Shown one piece after another: positions 9,395 to 18,420 of a DNA stretch of 64,000 bases (its first letter is position 1; each line of letters opens with the position of its first letter). The translations under genes and the position numbers were made by a program. Below the pieces are notes generated by a model. It had not been told where the DNA came from. It worked only from the letters and a program-made list of their open reading frames with translations, and did no database searches. The DNA comes from Streptosporangiaceae bacterium (GTDB taxonomy: Bacteria; Actinomycetota; Actinomycetes; Streptosporangiales; Streptosporangiaceae). Location of the stretch: NCBI GenBank assembly GCA_036005525.1, contig DASYQM010000003.1, positions 4,858 through 68,857 on the forward strand. Direction: 5' to 3'.

Positions 9395-9720
9395 CCTGGG
9401 CTGGAGCCTTAGCCTGCGCGGCTGAGCTTGCGCTGGAGGCTCAGCCTTGCGCGCGCGCTCGCCTTGCCCGGACGGCTCAGCCATGCGCGGACGGCTCAGC
9501 CCGGGCTGGAGGCTCCGCCGGGGCTGGAGGCTCCGCCGGGGCTGGAGGGTCAGCCCCGCGGGGGCGGCTCAGCCTGGGCTGGATGCTCAGCCCGTACAGA
9601 CAGCCCAGCCCTATGAGGGCGGCTCAGCTTGCGCTGGACGCTCAGCCTGGACGGACGGTTCGGCCTGTGTTGGCTGCTCCACATGCGTTGGCTGCTCGGC
9701 CTGCGCTTTAGCCTCGGCAC
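9395..9720. repeat. degenerate tandem repeat array (GGCTCAGCC-type units, including 3 copies of an 18-bp unit at 9502-9555)
   Basis: At least 8 copies of [GT]GCTCAGC[CT] occur within about 300 bp, and gggctggaggctccgcc occurs twice, followed by a third, diverged copy (ggggctggagggtcagcc). On the minus strand the units encode AEP/PAQAEP-type peptides. The array straddles the stop codon (9611) of the glycosyltransferase-like gene. Confidence 0.75.
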
Positions 9721-11545
9721 TTGTTGCGGGCTCAGCCGACACTGCGGGCCCGGCCTGTGCTGGCTCGGCCTGCGGTGCCGACTCGGCAGAGCTGCCGGGC
9801 TCGATGGCCGACGCGGCCTGCGTGGCTGGTGCGGGCCCGGTGGACGGTGCCGGATCGGCGGCCGGCGCCGGCGCCGGCTCGGCCGTGGGCGTGGCCGAGT
9901 CGGATCCTGCGGCCGAATCGGACCCTGCAGCCGAGGCTGGCCCAGCGGCCGGATCAGGCCCACCGACGGCGGCTGGACCGGCCGCCGTCGCCGCGGCGGC
10001 GGGCGCTGCTCGCCTGTCCGGCTTGCGGAACGCGAGCGCGGCGGCCATGCAGACCAGCGGGACCGCTGGGATCACATACCGGTAGGTGTACTCATGCTCA
10101 GCGGTCGGCAGCACCATGATGATCACTGCCGAGACCCAGAGGAGAACCCCGGCCGACGACCTCCGGCGCGGGATCACTATGCCGACCAGGCCGGTCAGGA
10201 CGATCAGGCCGAATACCGGGCCGGGTAGGTGAAGGATGTGCTGGTACTTGTTCATCAGGACGTTGTACGGATGCACCGTCCGGGTCCCGAAGTGGTAGCC
10301 CAGGTACCGTGACACCCCCTGGTCGCTGCCGGTGTAGGCCTTGATCGTCCCGATCGCGTACCGGAGGTTGTACGGGGCCAGGGTGGACGAGCTCGGCGCG
10401 ATCACGGGGAACCGCAGCGTGTTGTCGGTCTTCGTGAACGGCTCGATCACCTCGTCGCCGATCGTCTTGGCGTACGCCGCCGGCTGGGCCTTGATGGCCA
10501 TGATCGCGAATCGCAGCGCCCGCTCGTTGTTGGCCCGGGTAAACGCGGCGTCGTCCGGGACGAACCCGCTGGTGGTGTTCTGCCATGCCCAGATCTGGTG
10601 GTTCCACAGATAGCGCTTGGGCAGGCGCCGCAGCGCGGGATCGGCCCGCGCCAGCGGCCCGGGCTGGGCGTCCGGGCACAGCTCCTGGAGGTCCGCAGGC
10701 GGCTTGATGACCTGGCAGTGGGCGAAGGACATCGTCCGTGACCACAGGAAGAGCCCGTTGCTGTTGCTCATGTTGAAGGTGCCGTGCACCGCCGCGAACC
10801 AGCTCATATAGCCAAGAACGGGCAGCAAGCCGGCCACCAGGGCGGCGCCCGCCCGGCGCCAGCCCACCCGCCTGATGAGCAGGTAGATCGGGATGAGGAT
10901 GATGAGCGGCAGGACGGTGGGCCGGACGATCGTCGCGGCGCCCATCAACACGCCCGCCGTCACCGAGCGCCACAGCGACGGCGAGTCACGGAACAGCAGC
11001 ACCGCGAACGCGCCGACCATCAAAAACATGGCCAGCATGTCGGCCATGATCAGGTGCTCGATCATGATCTGTTCGGGATCGAACAGGATCGGCGTCGCGG
11101 CCAGCGTCGCGCCCCAGGCGGGCAGGCGGTAGTGGCGCAGTACCCCATACACCATCGTGGCCACGCCCAGACCCATGAGATGCTGCAGGACGACCACGAG
11201 GACGAGCGAGTGGAACGGCAGCAGCAGCCACAGGAACAGGGAGTAGCCGCTGGGATTGATCACGTTCGGCGACAGGTGGACGGCGCCCCACAGGTAGTCG
11301 AACGTGTCCAGCCGGAACAGCATCGCGGGCCGGAAACCCAGCATGGCCACCAGCCGGGGCAGCACCGCGACCGCAAGCACGAGCGAGAACAGCCAGTGGC
11401 GGCGGATCAGGCCGACAACGGAAGCCAGGCTGCGGCGCCAGCGACGCGGTGCCTGCGGCCGCGGCGTACCGGCGGCTGGCTGGCCCCGCTGGCCGTCGCC
11501 CTTGCCTTCCGGTCCCTTGCCGAGATCTTCCTTGACCGTCGTCAC
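9611..11545 (-). CDS. GT-C-fold integral membrane glycosyltransferase-like protein (ArnT/PMT-like) with Ala/Pro/Glu-rich repetitive C-terminal tail
   Basis: The 644-aa ORF has many TM helices and an N-terminal loop ...FRLDTFDYLWGAVH..., resembling phospholipid-carrier-dependent glycosyltransferases. The tail is low complexity (...AEPAQAGPAVSAEPATSAEAKAQAEQPTHVEQPTQAEPSVQAERPAQAEPPS). The coding call is firm; the function is inferred. Confidence 0.8.
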   Translation of the reverse strand: MTTVKEDLGKGPEGKGDGQRGQPAAGTPRPQAPRRWRRSLASVVGLIRRHWLFSLVLAVAVLPRLVAMLGFRPAMLFRLDTFDYLWGAVHLSPNVINPSGYSLFLWLLLPFHSLVLVVVLQHLMGLGVATMVYGVLRHYRLPAWGATLAATPILFDPEQIMIEHLIMADMLAMFLMVGAFAVLLFRDSPSLWRSVTAGVLMGAATIVRPTVLPLIILIPIYLLIRRVGWRRAGAALVAGLLPVLGYMSWFAAVHGTFNMSNSNGLFLWSRTMSFAHCQVIKPPADLQELCPDAQPGPLARADPALRRLPKRYLWNHQIWAWQNTTSGFVPDDAAFTRANNERALRFAIMAIKAQPAAYAKTIGDEVIEPFTKTDNTLRFPVIAPSSSTLAPYNLRYAIGTIKAYTGSDQGVSRYLGYHFGTRTVHPYNVLMNKYQHILHLPGPVFGLIVLTGLVGIVIPRRRSSAGVLLWVSAVIIMVLPTAEHEYTYRYVIPAVPLVCMAAALAFRKPDRRAAPAAAATAAGPAAVGGPDPAAGPASAAGSDSAAGSDSATPTAEPAPAPAADPAPSTGPAPATQAASAIEPGSSAESAPQAEPAQAGPAVSAEPATSAEAKAQAEQPTHVEQPTQAEPSVQAERPAQAEPPS

Positions 11546-12082
11546 GCTGTCTCCCTCATATCGCTCCGCCCGGCGCCCGGCACCTCAGCCGGGCGCCACC
11601 CGCCCCGCAGCCCGGCGAACCCGGCACCGCCGGTGAACGACGTTGCTGGCGCCGTCTTCCGGCACGCCTGGCCCTTGCCAACACGACACCGGGGAACGAC
11701 CACGAGGGGAGAACGCGAACTGCTCCAGAACATACCCGTGACATTCCTTGCCGGCTGCCGAACCGCTGCGCCCTCGTCCCGCGAGCCCCGCCAGACAGGC
11801 GCCTGGGGCAGGACCGGACCACCAGCGAACCCGCCCGGTAATCGAGTGATCTGTGCCGTGCAAAGTACCGTACCCGGCCATGACGCCCAGACGTACTAAA
11901 TCAGTCAAACACCCGGCCTCCACACTTGGCCTCCACATCGTGCCCATGCTAACTACACAGGCGCACGACCCCGGACCAACACGCGGCGGCCAGTGGCGCG
12001 GACGGGCGTGCCCCGGTGCCGCGGAATAGCCGTCAACGCCGGGCAGGGAGCCCGGCCCGGCGATGCTCTAGGCTCTGGGCTC

Positions 12083-13000
12083 GTGCCAGCGCACCAGCCC
12101 AGCCGGCCGATCGGCGCCCACGTCCGGGTGACGGGAGGGCTCGCGGCCGGCGGGCTGCGGTACGCGGCGGAGACCGGCGCCGAGGCGATCCAGGTGTTCG
12201 TCTCCAACCCCCGCGGCTGGGCGCTGTCGGCCGGGGACGCCCGGGAGGACGCGGCTCTCCGCGATCATGTGGCCAGCACCAGCATGCCAGTCTTCGTGCA
12301 CGCAACCTACCTGGTCAACCTGGGATCACCGGATCCGGCGACGCGGCGGCGATCCGCCGCGTCGCTGGCGCACTCGCTCCGCCGTGGCCGTGAGATCGCC
12401 GCGCGGGGCGTTGTCGTCCACACCGGTTCGGCGGTGCGCGCGAGTCGCGAGCAGGGCATGCGGCACGTCCGGGAATGCCTGCTCCCGCTGCTCGACTCAC
12501 TCGGCGATGACGGGCCGGACCTGCTGCTGGAGCCGACAGCCGGCCGGGGCCAGATGCTGTGTTCCGCCGTCGGAGACGTCGGGCCGTACCTGGCCGCCCT
12601 GGACTGGCATCCGCGGGCCGGGCTGTGCCTGGACACCTCCCACGCGTTCGCGGCCGGCCACGATCTGGCGGCGCGGGGCGGCGCGGCCAGGTTGCTCGAC
12701 ACGCTGGCGCCCGTCATGGGGCGGCGCCAGGGGCGAGGCGGCGGCCGGCTGCGCCTGATCCACGCCAATGACTCCAAGGTCGGCTGCGGGTCGCACCGGG
12801 ACCGGCACGCGAACATCGGGGCGGGCCAGATCGGGACCGCCCCATTCGCGGTACTCCTGCGGCACCCGGCGACCAGGGGCGTGCCGTTCATCGTCGAGAC
12901 CCCGGGGCCCCGTGCGGCCGCGGCTGCCGACGTGGCGATCCTGAAGGCACTGCGCGGGAAGGGCCGTCTCCCGCGCACCCACGTCGCCGCAATGCGCTAG
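12083..13000 (+). CDS. nfo: deoxyribonuclease IV (AP endonuclease, Nfo family)
   Basis: IGAHV...GAEAIQVFVSNPRGW...VFVHATYLVNLGSPD...VVVHTGS...LLLEPTAG...CLDTSHAFAAGHD...LIHANDSK...HRDRHANIG are the TIM-barrel metal-ligand motifs of endonuclease IV. The likely start is GTG 12083, within track ORF 11993..13000. Confidence 0.9.
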   Translation: MPAHQPSRPIGAHVRVTGGLAAGGLRYAAETGAEAIQVFVSNPRGWALSAGDAREDAALRDHVASTSMPVFVHATYLVNLGSPDPATRRRSAASLAHSLRRGREIAARGVVVHTGSAVRASREQGMRHVRECLLPLLDSLGDDGPDLLLEPTAGRGQMLCSAVGDVGPYLAALDWHPRAGLCLDTSHAFAAGHDLAARGGAARLLDTLAPVMGRRQGRGGGRLRLIHANDSKVGCGSHRDRHANIGAGQIGTAPFAVLLRHPATRGVPFIVETPGPRAAAAADVAILKALRGKGRLPRTHVAAMR

Positions 13001-13100
13001 GCTGCTCCCGTGCGTGAGCAGTTCTGGTTTTGGTATGGCTACCGGCCCGGTATCCGGACGGTCGCCCGCCAGACCTTGCGCTGACGCGAAGCGACCAGAA

Positions 13101-13140
13101 GAGAAGCCCCGGGCCGGATGGCCCCGGGGCTTCTTTCTTT
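13101..13140 (+). terminator. intrinsic terminator-like hairpin with T-tract
   Basis: gaagccccgg(g)-ccggatggc-(c)ccggggcttc followed by tttcttt. It lies 100 nt after the nfo stop and 43 nt before the DAHP synthase start. A weaker hairpin plus T-run sits at 13002-13031. Confidence 0.7.
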
Positions 13141-13182
13141 ATGGCGGGCGGCAGTTCCGTTGACGGGCGACAGGAGGACCCA

Positions 13183-14256
13183 ATGGTCGTGGTGATGGCC
13201 CCGGAGGCCACCCAGGAGGATGTGAGCGCGATCGTTGATCTCGTGCGGGCGGCGGGCGGCGACGCCTTCGTCAGCCGTGGCGTTTCCCGCACGATCGTGG
13301 GCCTGGTCGGCGACGTCGATCAGTTTGGCGCGCTCAACCTGCGCAGCCGCAGTGGTGTCCTCGATGTGGTCCGGATCTCCGTCCCGTACAAGCTCATCAG
13401 CAGGGAGCACCACTCCGAGCGGTCGGTGATCAGGGTCGGTGGCGTGCCGATCGGCCCGGACACGCTCACCGTGATCGCCGGCCCGTGTGCGGTGGAGACG
13501 CCCGAGCAGACGCTCACGGCCGCCAGGATGGCCAAAGCGGCCGGGGCGTCGCTGCTGCGCGGTGGCGCGTTCAAGCCGCGCACGTCCCCCTATGCCTACC
13601 AGGGGCTTGGCGAAGCGGGCCTGAAGATCCTCGCCGACGTGAGGGCCGAGACGGGCCTGCCGGTCGTGACCGAGGTGATCGACCCGGCCAGCGTCGAGCT
13701 GGTCTCGTCCTACGCCGACATGCTCCAGGTCGGCACCCGGAACATGCAGAACTTCGCGCTCCTGCAGGCGGTGGGGTCGGCGGCGAAACCCGTCCTGCTC
13801 AAGCGGGGCATGAGCGCCACCATCGAGGAATGGCTGATGGCCGCGGAGTACATCGCCCAGCGCGGCAATCTCGACATCGTGCTGTGCGAGCGGGGCATCC
13901 GCACCTTCGAGACGGCTACCCGCAACACCCTCGACATCAGCGCCGTGCCGGTCGCGCAGCGGCTGTCCCACCTGCCGGTGATCGTGGACCCATCGCACTC
14001 CGGCGGCCGGCGGGATCTCGTCCTGCCGCTCACCAGGGCGGCGATCGCGGTCGGCGCCGACGGCATCATCGTCGACATCCACCCAGAGCCGAAGATGGCG
14101 CTGTGCGACGGCGACCAGGCGCTGGTCGACTCCGACATCCGCGAGATCGCGAGCATCACCGCACACCTGTCGCCGCTGATGGGACGCGTCCTCACCCCGG
14201 CACCGGACCCCGGCAGCATGCGCAGGGCGCAGCGCGAGCCCAGTCCCGTGGGCTGA
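13183..14256 (+). CDS. aroF: 3-deoxy-7-phosphoheptulonate (DAHP) synthase, type I-beta with N-terminal ferredoxin-like regulatory domain
   Basis: IAGPCAVE...LRGGAFKPRTSPYAYQGLG...LQVGTRNMQNF...LLKRG...ERGIRTFE...VIVDPSHSGGRRD...ADGIIVDIHPEP are KDO8P/DAHP synthase I-beta motifs. ATG 13183 is preceded by the RBS aggagga. Confidence 0.92.
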   Translation: MVVVMAPEATQEDVSAIVDLVRAAGGDAFVSRGVSRTIVGLVGDVDQFGALNLRSRSGVLDVVRISVPYKLISREHHSERSVIRVGGVPIGPDTLTVIAGPCAVETPEQTLTAARMAKAAGASLLRGGAFKPRTSPYAYQGLGEAGLKILADVRAETGLPVVTEVIDPASVELVSSYADMLQVGTRNMQNFALLQAVGSAAKPVLLKRGMSATIEEWLMAAEYIAQRGNLDIVLCERGIRTFETATRNTLDISAVPVAQRLSHLPVIVDPSHSGGRRDLVLPLTRAAIAVGADGIIVDIHPEPKMALCDGDQALVDSDIREIASITAHLSPLMGRVLTPAPDPGSMRRAQREPSPVG

Positions 14257-14271
14257 GCCTGGCGCGGCCGG

Positions 14272-15507
14272 TCACGGGTGTTCGGGACGATACTCCTGGG
14301 CGAGGCCGGCGAGTTCCTCGGCCAGGTCTGCAGCCTCCAGCCGCGCCTCGATCCGGCGCAGGTCATCGATCCGCGCCCGGGTCTCCACATGCCGCGGCGT
14401 CAGCAGCGTGCAGCAGTCCTGGTCGGGCAGCTCGGACACGGCGAGGGTGCGGATGCGCCGGGCCTCCGCCATGATCTCCACCTTGTCGCAGCCGATCAGC
14501 GGGCGCAGGATGGGCATCCCGACCGCGTCGTCGAGGGCGGCGAGATTGGTCAGCGTCTGGCTGCTGACCTGCCCCAGCGAGTCGCCAGTCACCAGCGCGG
14601 CCGCGCCAAGCCGTCCGGCGAGCACCTCGCCGGTCTTCAGCATGAGCCGGCGCTGGGCGACGATCTGCAGCCGGCTCGCCCCCGAGGACGCCAGCCGCTG
14701 CTGTGCCTTGCCGAACGCGACCACGAACAGCCGTGACCCGCCCTGGAAGCGGTCCAGCTGGTGCATCAGCCCATACGCCTTGTACACCGACTCGGGCCCG
14801 GTCAGCGGCATGCCGGAGAAGTGCAGGAAATCGCAGCGGAGACCGCGGCGCATCATCCGGTAGGCGGCGACCGGCGAGTCGATCCCGCCGGACATGAGGA
14901 CCAGCCCGCGGCCGCTCATCCCGACCGGGAGCCCGCCCTGCCCGGGGTGGCCCTCGGTGTAGACGAACACCTCCCGCTGGTCGACCTCGACGAACAGCGC
15001 CGTGTCCGGGCGCGACAAGTTGACCGGGTAGCCGTACTCCTGCTGGACCCGGGCGCCGATCCGGGTGGCGAGCTCGGCCGAGGTGACCGGAAACCGCTTG
15101 TCGCGGCGGCGGGCCCGGACCGCGAACGAGCCCGTCTTACCGGCCATCAGCGTGACTGCCGCGCCGATCGCGGCGTCGGGGTCCTTGGCCACCCGCACCG
15201 CCCGGCAGACCCGGGCGATGCCCATGATGTCGCGGGCACGTTCGGCGACCTTGTCGGCCGCCGATGCCGCGGCGGGCGCGGGAGTGTCCTGCGCGGCGCG
15301 GATAACGATCACACCGTCGCGCTGCCAGAACCGCACCGGGATGCCGATATCACGGATCGCCCGGCGGATGTTCGATTGCAGCATCCGCTCGAACTGCTGC
15401 CGGTTGCCGCCCTTGAGCACGATCTCGCCCAGTTTCAGCAGCACGCAGGCCTCACCGGCCGCGACGGCGGCAGGAGCGGCAGGGTCCGCCAGGGGGGCAA
15501 CGGGCAT
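14272..15507 (-). CDS. thiI: tRNA 4-thiouridine(8) synthase / tRNA sulfurtransferase ThiI
   Basis: THUMP-type N-terminus plus the PP-loop LMSGGIDSPVAAYRMMRRG and ...VTGDSLGQVSSQTL. Confidence 0.9.
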   Translation of the reverse strand: MPVAPLADPAAPAAVAAGEACVLLKLGEIVLKGGNRQQFERMLQSNIRRAIRDIGIPVRFWQRDGVIVIRAAQDTPAPAAASAADKVAERARDIMGIARVCRAVRVAKDPDAAIGAAVTLMAGKTGSFAVRARRRDKRFPVTSAELATRIGARVQQEYGYPVNLSRPDTALFVEVDQREVFVYTEGHPGQGGLPVGMSGRGLVLMSGGIDSPVAAYRMMRRGLRCDFLHFSGMPLTGPESVYKAYGLMHQLDRFQGGSRLFVVAFGKAQQRLASSGASRLQIVAQRRLMLKTGEVLAGRLGAAALVTGDSLGQVSSQTLTNLAALDDAVGMPILRPLIGCDKVEIMAEARRIRTLAVSELPDQDCCTLLTPRHVETRARIDDLRRIEARLEAADLAEELAGLAQEYRPEHP

Positions 15508-15623
15508 CTTTACAGTCTGCCAGGTAACGCGGGCCCTGCCGGCCGGGTAACGCGGGGGTTATGTGTCGGTGGCCCTGCCGCGGGCGGCTGGCCGGCCCGG
15601 TCCATCGACGCTAGGTTCGGCGC

Positions 15624-15932
15624 ATGACGGTCAAACTCGTGGTCCTCTACACCCTGCCTGAAGACACCGAAGCCTTCGACCGGCATTACTTCGACATCCA
15701 CCTGCCGCTGGTCCACAAGATTCCCGGCCTGCGGCGCGCCGAGACCGGCCGGTTCATCGACGTCCTCGACGGCGGCGAGCAGAGCTTCTACCGGGTCGCC
15801 GAGCTGTACTTCCCTGATCAGGCGACCATGGGCGCCGGGATCGCCTCGGACCAGGGGAAAGCGACCGCGGCGGACTATGCGAAGATCGCCCCACCCGGGT
15901 CGAGGATGTTCGTGCAGTCCCTCCACGACTGA
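15624..15932 (+). CDS. EthD family protein
   Basis: The 102-aa MTVKLVVLYTLPEDTEAFDRHYFDIHLPLVHKIPGLRR...YRVAELYFPD has the typical EthD/TIGR02118 layout. Confidence 0.8.
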   Translation: MTVKLVVLYTLPEDTEAFDRHYFDIHLPLVHKIPGLRRAETGRFIDVLDGGEQSFYRVAELYFPDQATMGAGIASDQGKATAADYAKIAPPGSRMFVQSLHD

Positions 15933-16111
15933 CCCGCCCGTGCCACATCGAGAGGGCTACACCCGTGGCCGTGCGGCCGGCACTCCGGCGACCGTGGCCG
16001 GCCTCCGCCAGCGCCACCTGACCGCATCCTGGGCTGTCGATTCTGGCCCTGGCCGTTCGACTACAACTGGAACCGGCAACACCCTGCCGGCCGCGAAAGG
16101 TGGTGCGACGA

Positions 16112-16471
16112 ATGAAGTACATGCTCTTGCTGTACGGGCCGGACCGGCCGTTCCCTCAGCCGGGGACCAGCGAGTTCCGGGAGATGTTCGAGGCCTGGGA
16201 GGCGGCCCAGGAGGAGATGGCGAAGGCAGGCGTGCTCATCGACTGCGCGCCGCTGCAGCCGCCCAGCGCGGCAACCACGGTCCAGGTCCGCGACGGCCAG
16301 ACGCTGCTCACCGACGGGCCCGCCGCCGAGATCAAGGAGCAGTTCGGCGGCTACACGCTCATCGAGTGCACAGACCTGGATGAGGCCCTGAAGTGGGCTG
16401 CCACCATCCCGACCGCGTCCGATGGCTCCGTGGAAGTCCGCCCGGTCATCGAGGTGGTGGCTCCCAGCTGA
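16112..16471 (+). CDS. YciI/DGPF-domain protein
   Basis: [10 protein letters not shown]...[28 protein letters not shown]...[12 protein letters not shown] is the DGPF motif region. ATG 16112 has RBS aaaggtgg; the track ORF begins at 16100. Confidence 0.85.
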   Translation: MKYMLLLYGPDRPFPQPGTSEFREMFEAWEAAQEEMAKAGVLIDCAPLQPPSAATTVQVRDGQTLLTDGPAAEIKEQFGGYTLIECTDLDEALKWAATIPTASDGSVEVRPVIEVVAPS

Positions 16472-17685
16472 CGCTGCAGCCCGACGAGGCGTTTCGCGCC
16501 CACTGGTGGGCGGCGGTGGCCGCCGTTACCGCCCAGGTGGGCGATCTCGAGGTGGCCGAGGACGCGGTGCAGGACGCCTGCGCCGCGGCCCTGGCCCAAT
16601 GGCCGGCCGGCGGGACGCCGGCCAATCCCCGGTCCTGGCTGATCGGGACCGCGCGGCACAAGGCCCTCGACCGGCTGCGCCGCGACCACCGCCGGGCGCA
16701 GAAGGAGGCCGAAGCCGTGCGCGAGACGGACGCATTGCCGCCGCCGGGCGGCTGGGTGGCCAGCACCGACGACGAGCTCGGCCTCATCTTCACCTGCTGC
16801 CATCCGGCCCTGGACCCGGCCGCACGGGTGGCGCTGACCCTGCGTTCAGTCTGCGGCCTGACAACCGCCGAAATCGCCGCGGCGTTCCTCGTCCCGGAAC
16901 CGACGATGGCGCAGCGGCTGGTGCGCGCCAAACGCAAGATCCGCCAGGCGGGGATCGCGTTCCGGGTCCCGTCACCGGCCGACCTGCCCGCCCGGCTGGA
17001 CGCGGTGCTGCGTGTGGTGTACCTGGTTTTCACCGAGGGTCATACCGCGACCAGAGGGGAAACGCTGGTCCGCGGCGAGCTGTGCGACCAGGCGATCCGG
17101 CTCGCCCGCGCGCTGGCGGTGCTGCTGCCCGGCGAGCCCGAGGTGACCGGGCTGCTCGCCCTGCTGCTGCTCACCGACGCGCGGCGAGACGCCCGGGTCG
17201 GCCCCGGTGGTGACCTGATCCTGCTGGAGGACCAGGACCGCGGCCGGTGGGACGGCGCCCTGATCGCGGAGGGCGAGGCGCTCGTCGAGCAGGCGCTCCG
17301 GCAGGGCCGTCCCGGCCCCTACCAGCTGCACGCGGCCATCGCCGCCTGCCATTCCGGTTCCCGCGCGGCCGCCGACACCGACTGGCGCGAAATCGCCCTG
17401 CTCTACGGCGAGCTGATCCGCTACGAGCCGACGCCGGTGGTGGAGGCGAACCGGGCGGTCGCGGTGGCCATGTCCGAGGGGCCCGCGGCCGGGCTCGTCA
17501 TCCTCGACACGGTCGGCGGCGATCTCCGGCTGGCCCGCTGGCCGCAGCTGCACCTGGCCCGGGCGGAACTGCTGCGGCGTCTCGGCCGCTGCGACGACGC
17601 GGTGGCCGCCTACGAGGCGGCGCTGCAGCTGGAGCCGCCGACCCCCGAGCGTGCCTTCATCGCCCGCCGCCTGCGGGAGCTATGA
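16393..17685 (+). CDS. ECF sigma factor with long C-terminal TPR-like extension (ECF42-type, COG4941)
   Basis: Region 2 ([21 protein letters not shown]...[19 protein letters not shown]), region 4 ([34 protein letters not shown]) and a C-terminal domain of about 230 aa. The only ATG/GTG start in frame is GTG 16393, which overlaps the DGPF gene by 79 nt, so the start is uncertain. Confidence 0.85.
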   Translation: MGCHHPDRVRWLRGSPPGHRGGGSQLTLQPDEAFRAHWWAAVAAVTAQVGDLEVAEDAVQDACAAALAQWPAGGTPANPRSWLIGTARHKALDRLRRDHRRAQKEAEAVRETDALPPPGGWVASTDDELGLIFTCCHPALDPAARVALTLRSVCGLTTAEIAAAFLVPEPTMAQRLVRAKRKIRQAGIAFRVPSPADLPARLDAVLRVVYLVFTEGHTATRGETLVRGELCDQAIRLARALAVLLPGEPEVTGLLALLLLTDARRDARVGPGGDLILLEDQDRGRWDGALIAEGEALVEQALRQGRPGPYQLHAAIAACHSGSRAAADTDWREIALLYGELIRYEPTPVVEANRAVAVAMSEGPAAGLVILDTVGGDLRLARWPQLHLARAELLRRLGRCDDAVAAYEAALQLEPPTPERAFIARRLREL

Positions 17686-17853
17686 AGCCATGACCACGCC
17701 GCAGGGCAGGGCCGAACGCCGCAACGGCGCTGCGCCGTCCCGGCGCCCAAGACCACCTTCGTACCGTGTCACGTGGCGCACCTCCGGCACGACCAGGCTA
17801 GGTGCCAGTCGGCGCGCCTCCGGCACGGCGCACTTGCGAGGGAGGCCGAGCGC

Positions 17854-18420
17854 TCAGTGGGTCCGCAGCCAGTCCAGCACCTGCCGGGCGTGCTGGTCGG
17901 GCGGGAAGACCGGGTAGAAGGCGTGCTCGATGACCCCGCCTGTGACGATCATGGTGAGCCGGCGGTAGAGCGTCATCCCGCCGGCGGTGAACGTTGGCAG
18001 CCCCAGCGCGCCGGCCAGCGCCAGCGGCTCGTCCGACAGCATCGCGAACGGCAGGTGCAGCCGGTCCACGGCCTCCCGCTGGTACTCACTTGACTGGCTG
18101 GACAGGCCGTATACCTGGACCGCCCCGGCGGCCAACAGCTCGGCGTGATGGTCGCGGAACCCGCACGACTCGGGCGTGCAGCCGCGGGCCCCGGGAATGC
18201 CGTCCCATCCGGGCGGCAGATCCACTCCCGGCCTGCCGGTCATCGGGTAGACATAGATGACCGTCCGCCCGCCCCCGAGCGCGTCGAGCGCGACGAGCCC
18301 GCCGTCGGTGGCCGGCAGGCTCAGCGCGGGCATGGCGCGGCCCGGCAGGTGGCTGGCTGCTCCGTCATCGACCGGCACCGGCAGGCCATCGGGCAGCCGC
18401 AGCAAGTCGGGTGCGTCCAT
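17854..18420 (-). CDS. peroxiredoxin, Bcp/PrxQ type
   Basis: VIYVYPMTGRPG...GARGCTPESCGFRDH is the BCP CxxxxC motif. ATG 18420 (MDAPDLLRLPDG) follows RBS gggaga; the track ORF extends to 18540. Confidence 0.85.
   Translation of the reverse strand: MDAPDLLRLPDGLPVPVDDGAASHLPGRAMPALSLPATDGGLVALDALGGGRTVIYVYPMTGRPGVDLPPGWDGIPGARGCTPESCGFRDHHAELLAAGAVQVYGLSSQSSEYQREAVDRLHLPFAMLSDEPLALAGALGLPTFTAGGMTLYRRLTMIVTGGVIEHAFYPVFPPDQHARQVLDWLRTH

Noticed and set aside
9355-10085. Plus-strand ORFs 9355..9711, 9428..9616 and 9447..10085 in the repeat region
   Set aside because: They are products of the GGCTCAGCC repeat array and the antisense of the glycosyltransferase tail. They are low-complexity translations with no RBS.
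11585-11947. 120-aa minus-strand ORF in the long spacer
   Set aside because: The translation (…GRVRWWSGPAPGACLAGLAGRGRSGSAAG…) looks like random GC-rich sequence. It has no RBS and no domain features.
13035-13163. 42-codon ORF crossing the aroF-proximal terminator as an aromatic-rich leader peptide
   Set aside because: The F-F-L-Y codons are encoded by the terminator T-tract itself rather than lying upstream of an antiterminator. There is no obvious RBS and no alternative antiterminator pairing that I could see. I kept it only as a caveat in the terminator finding.
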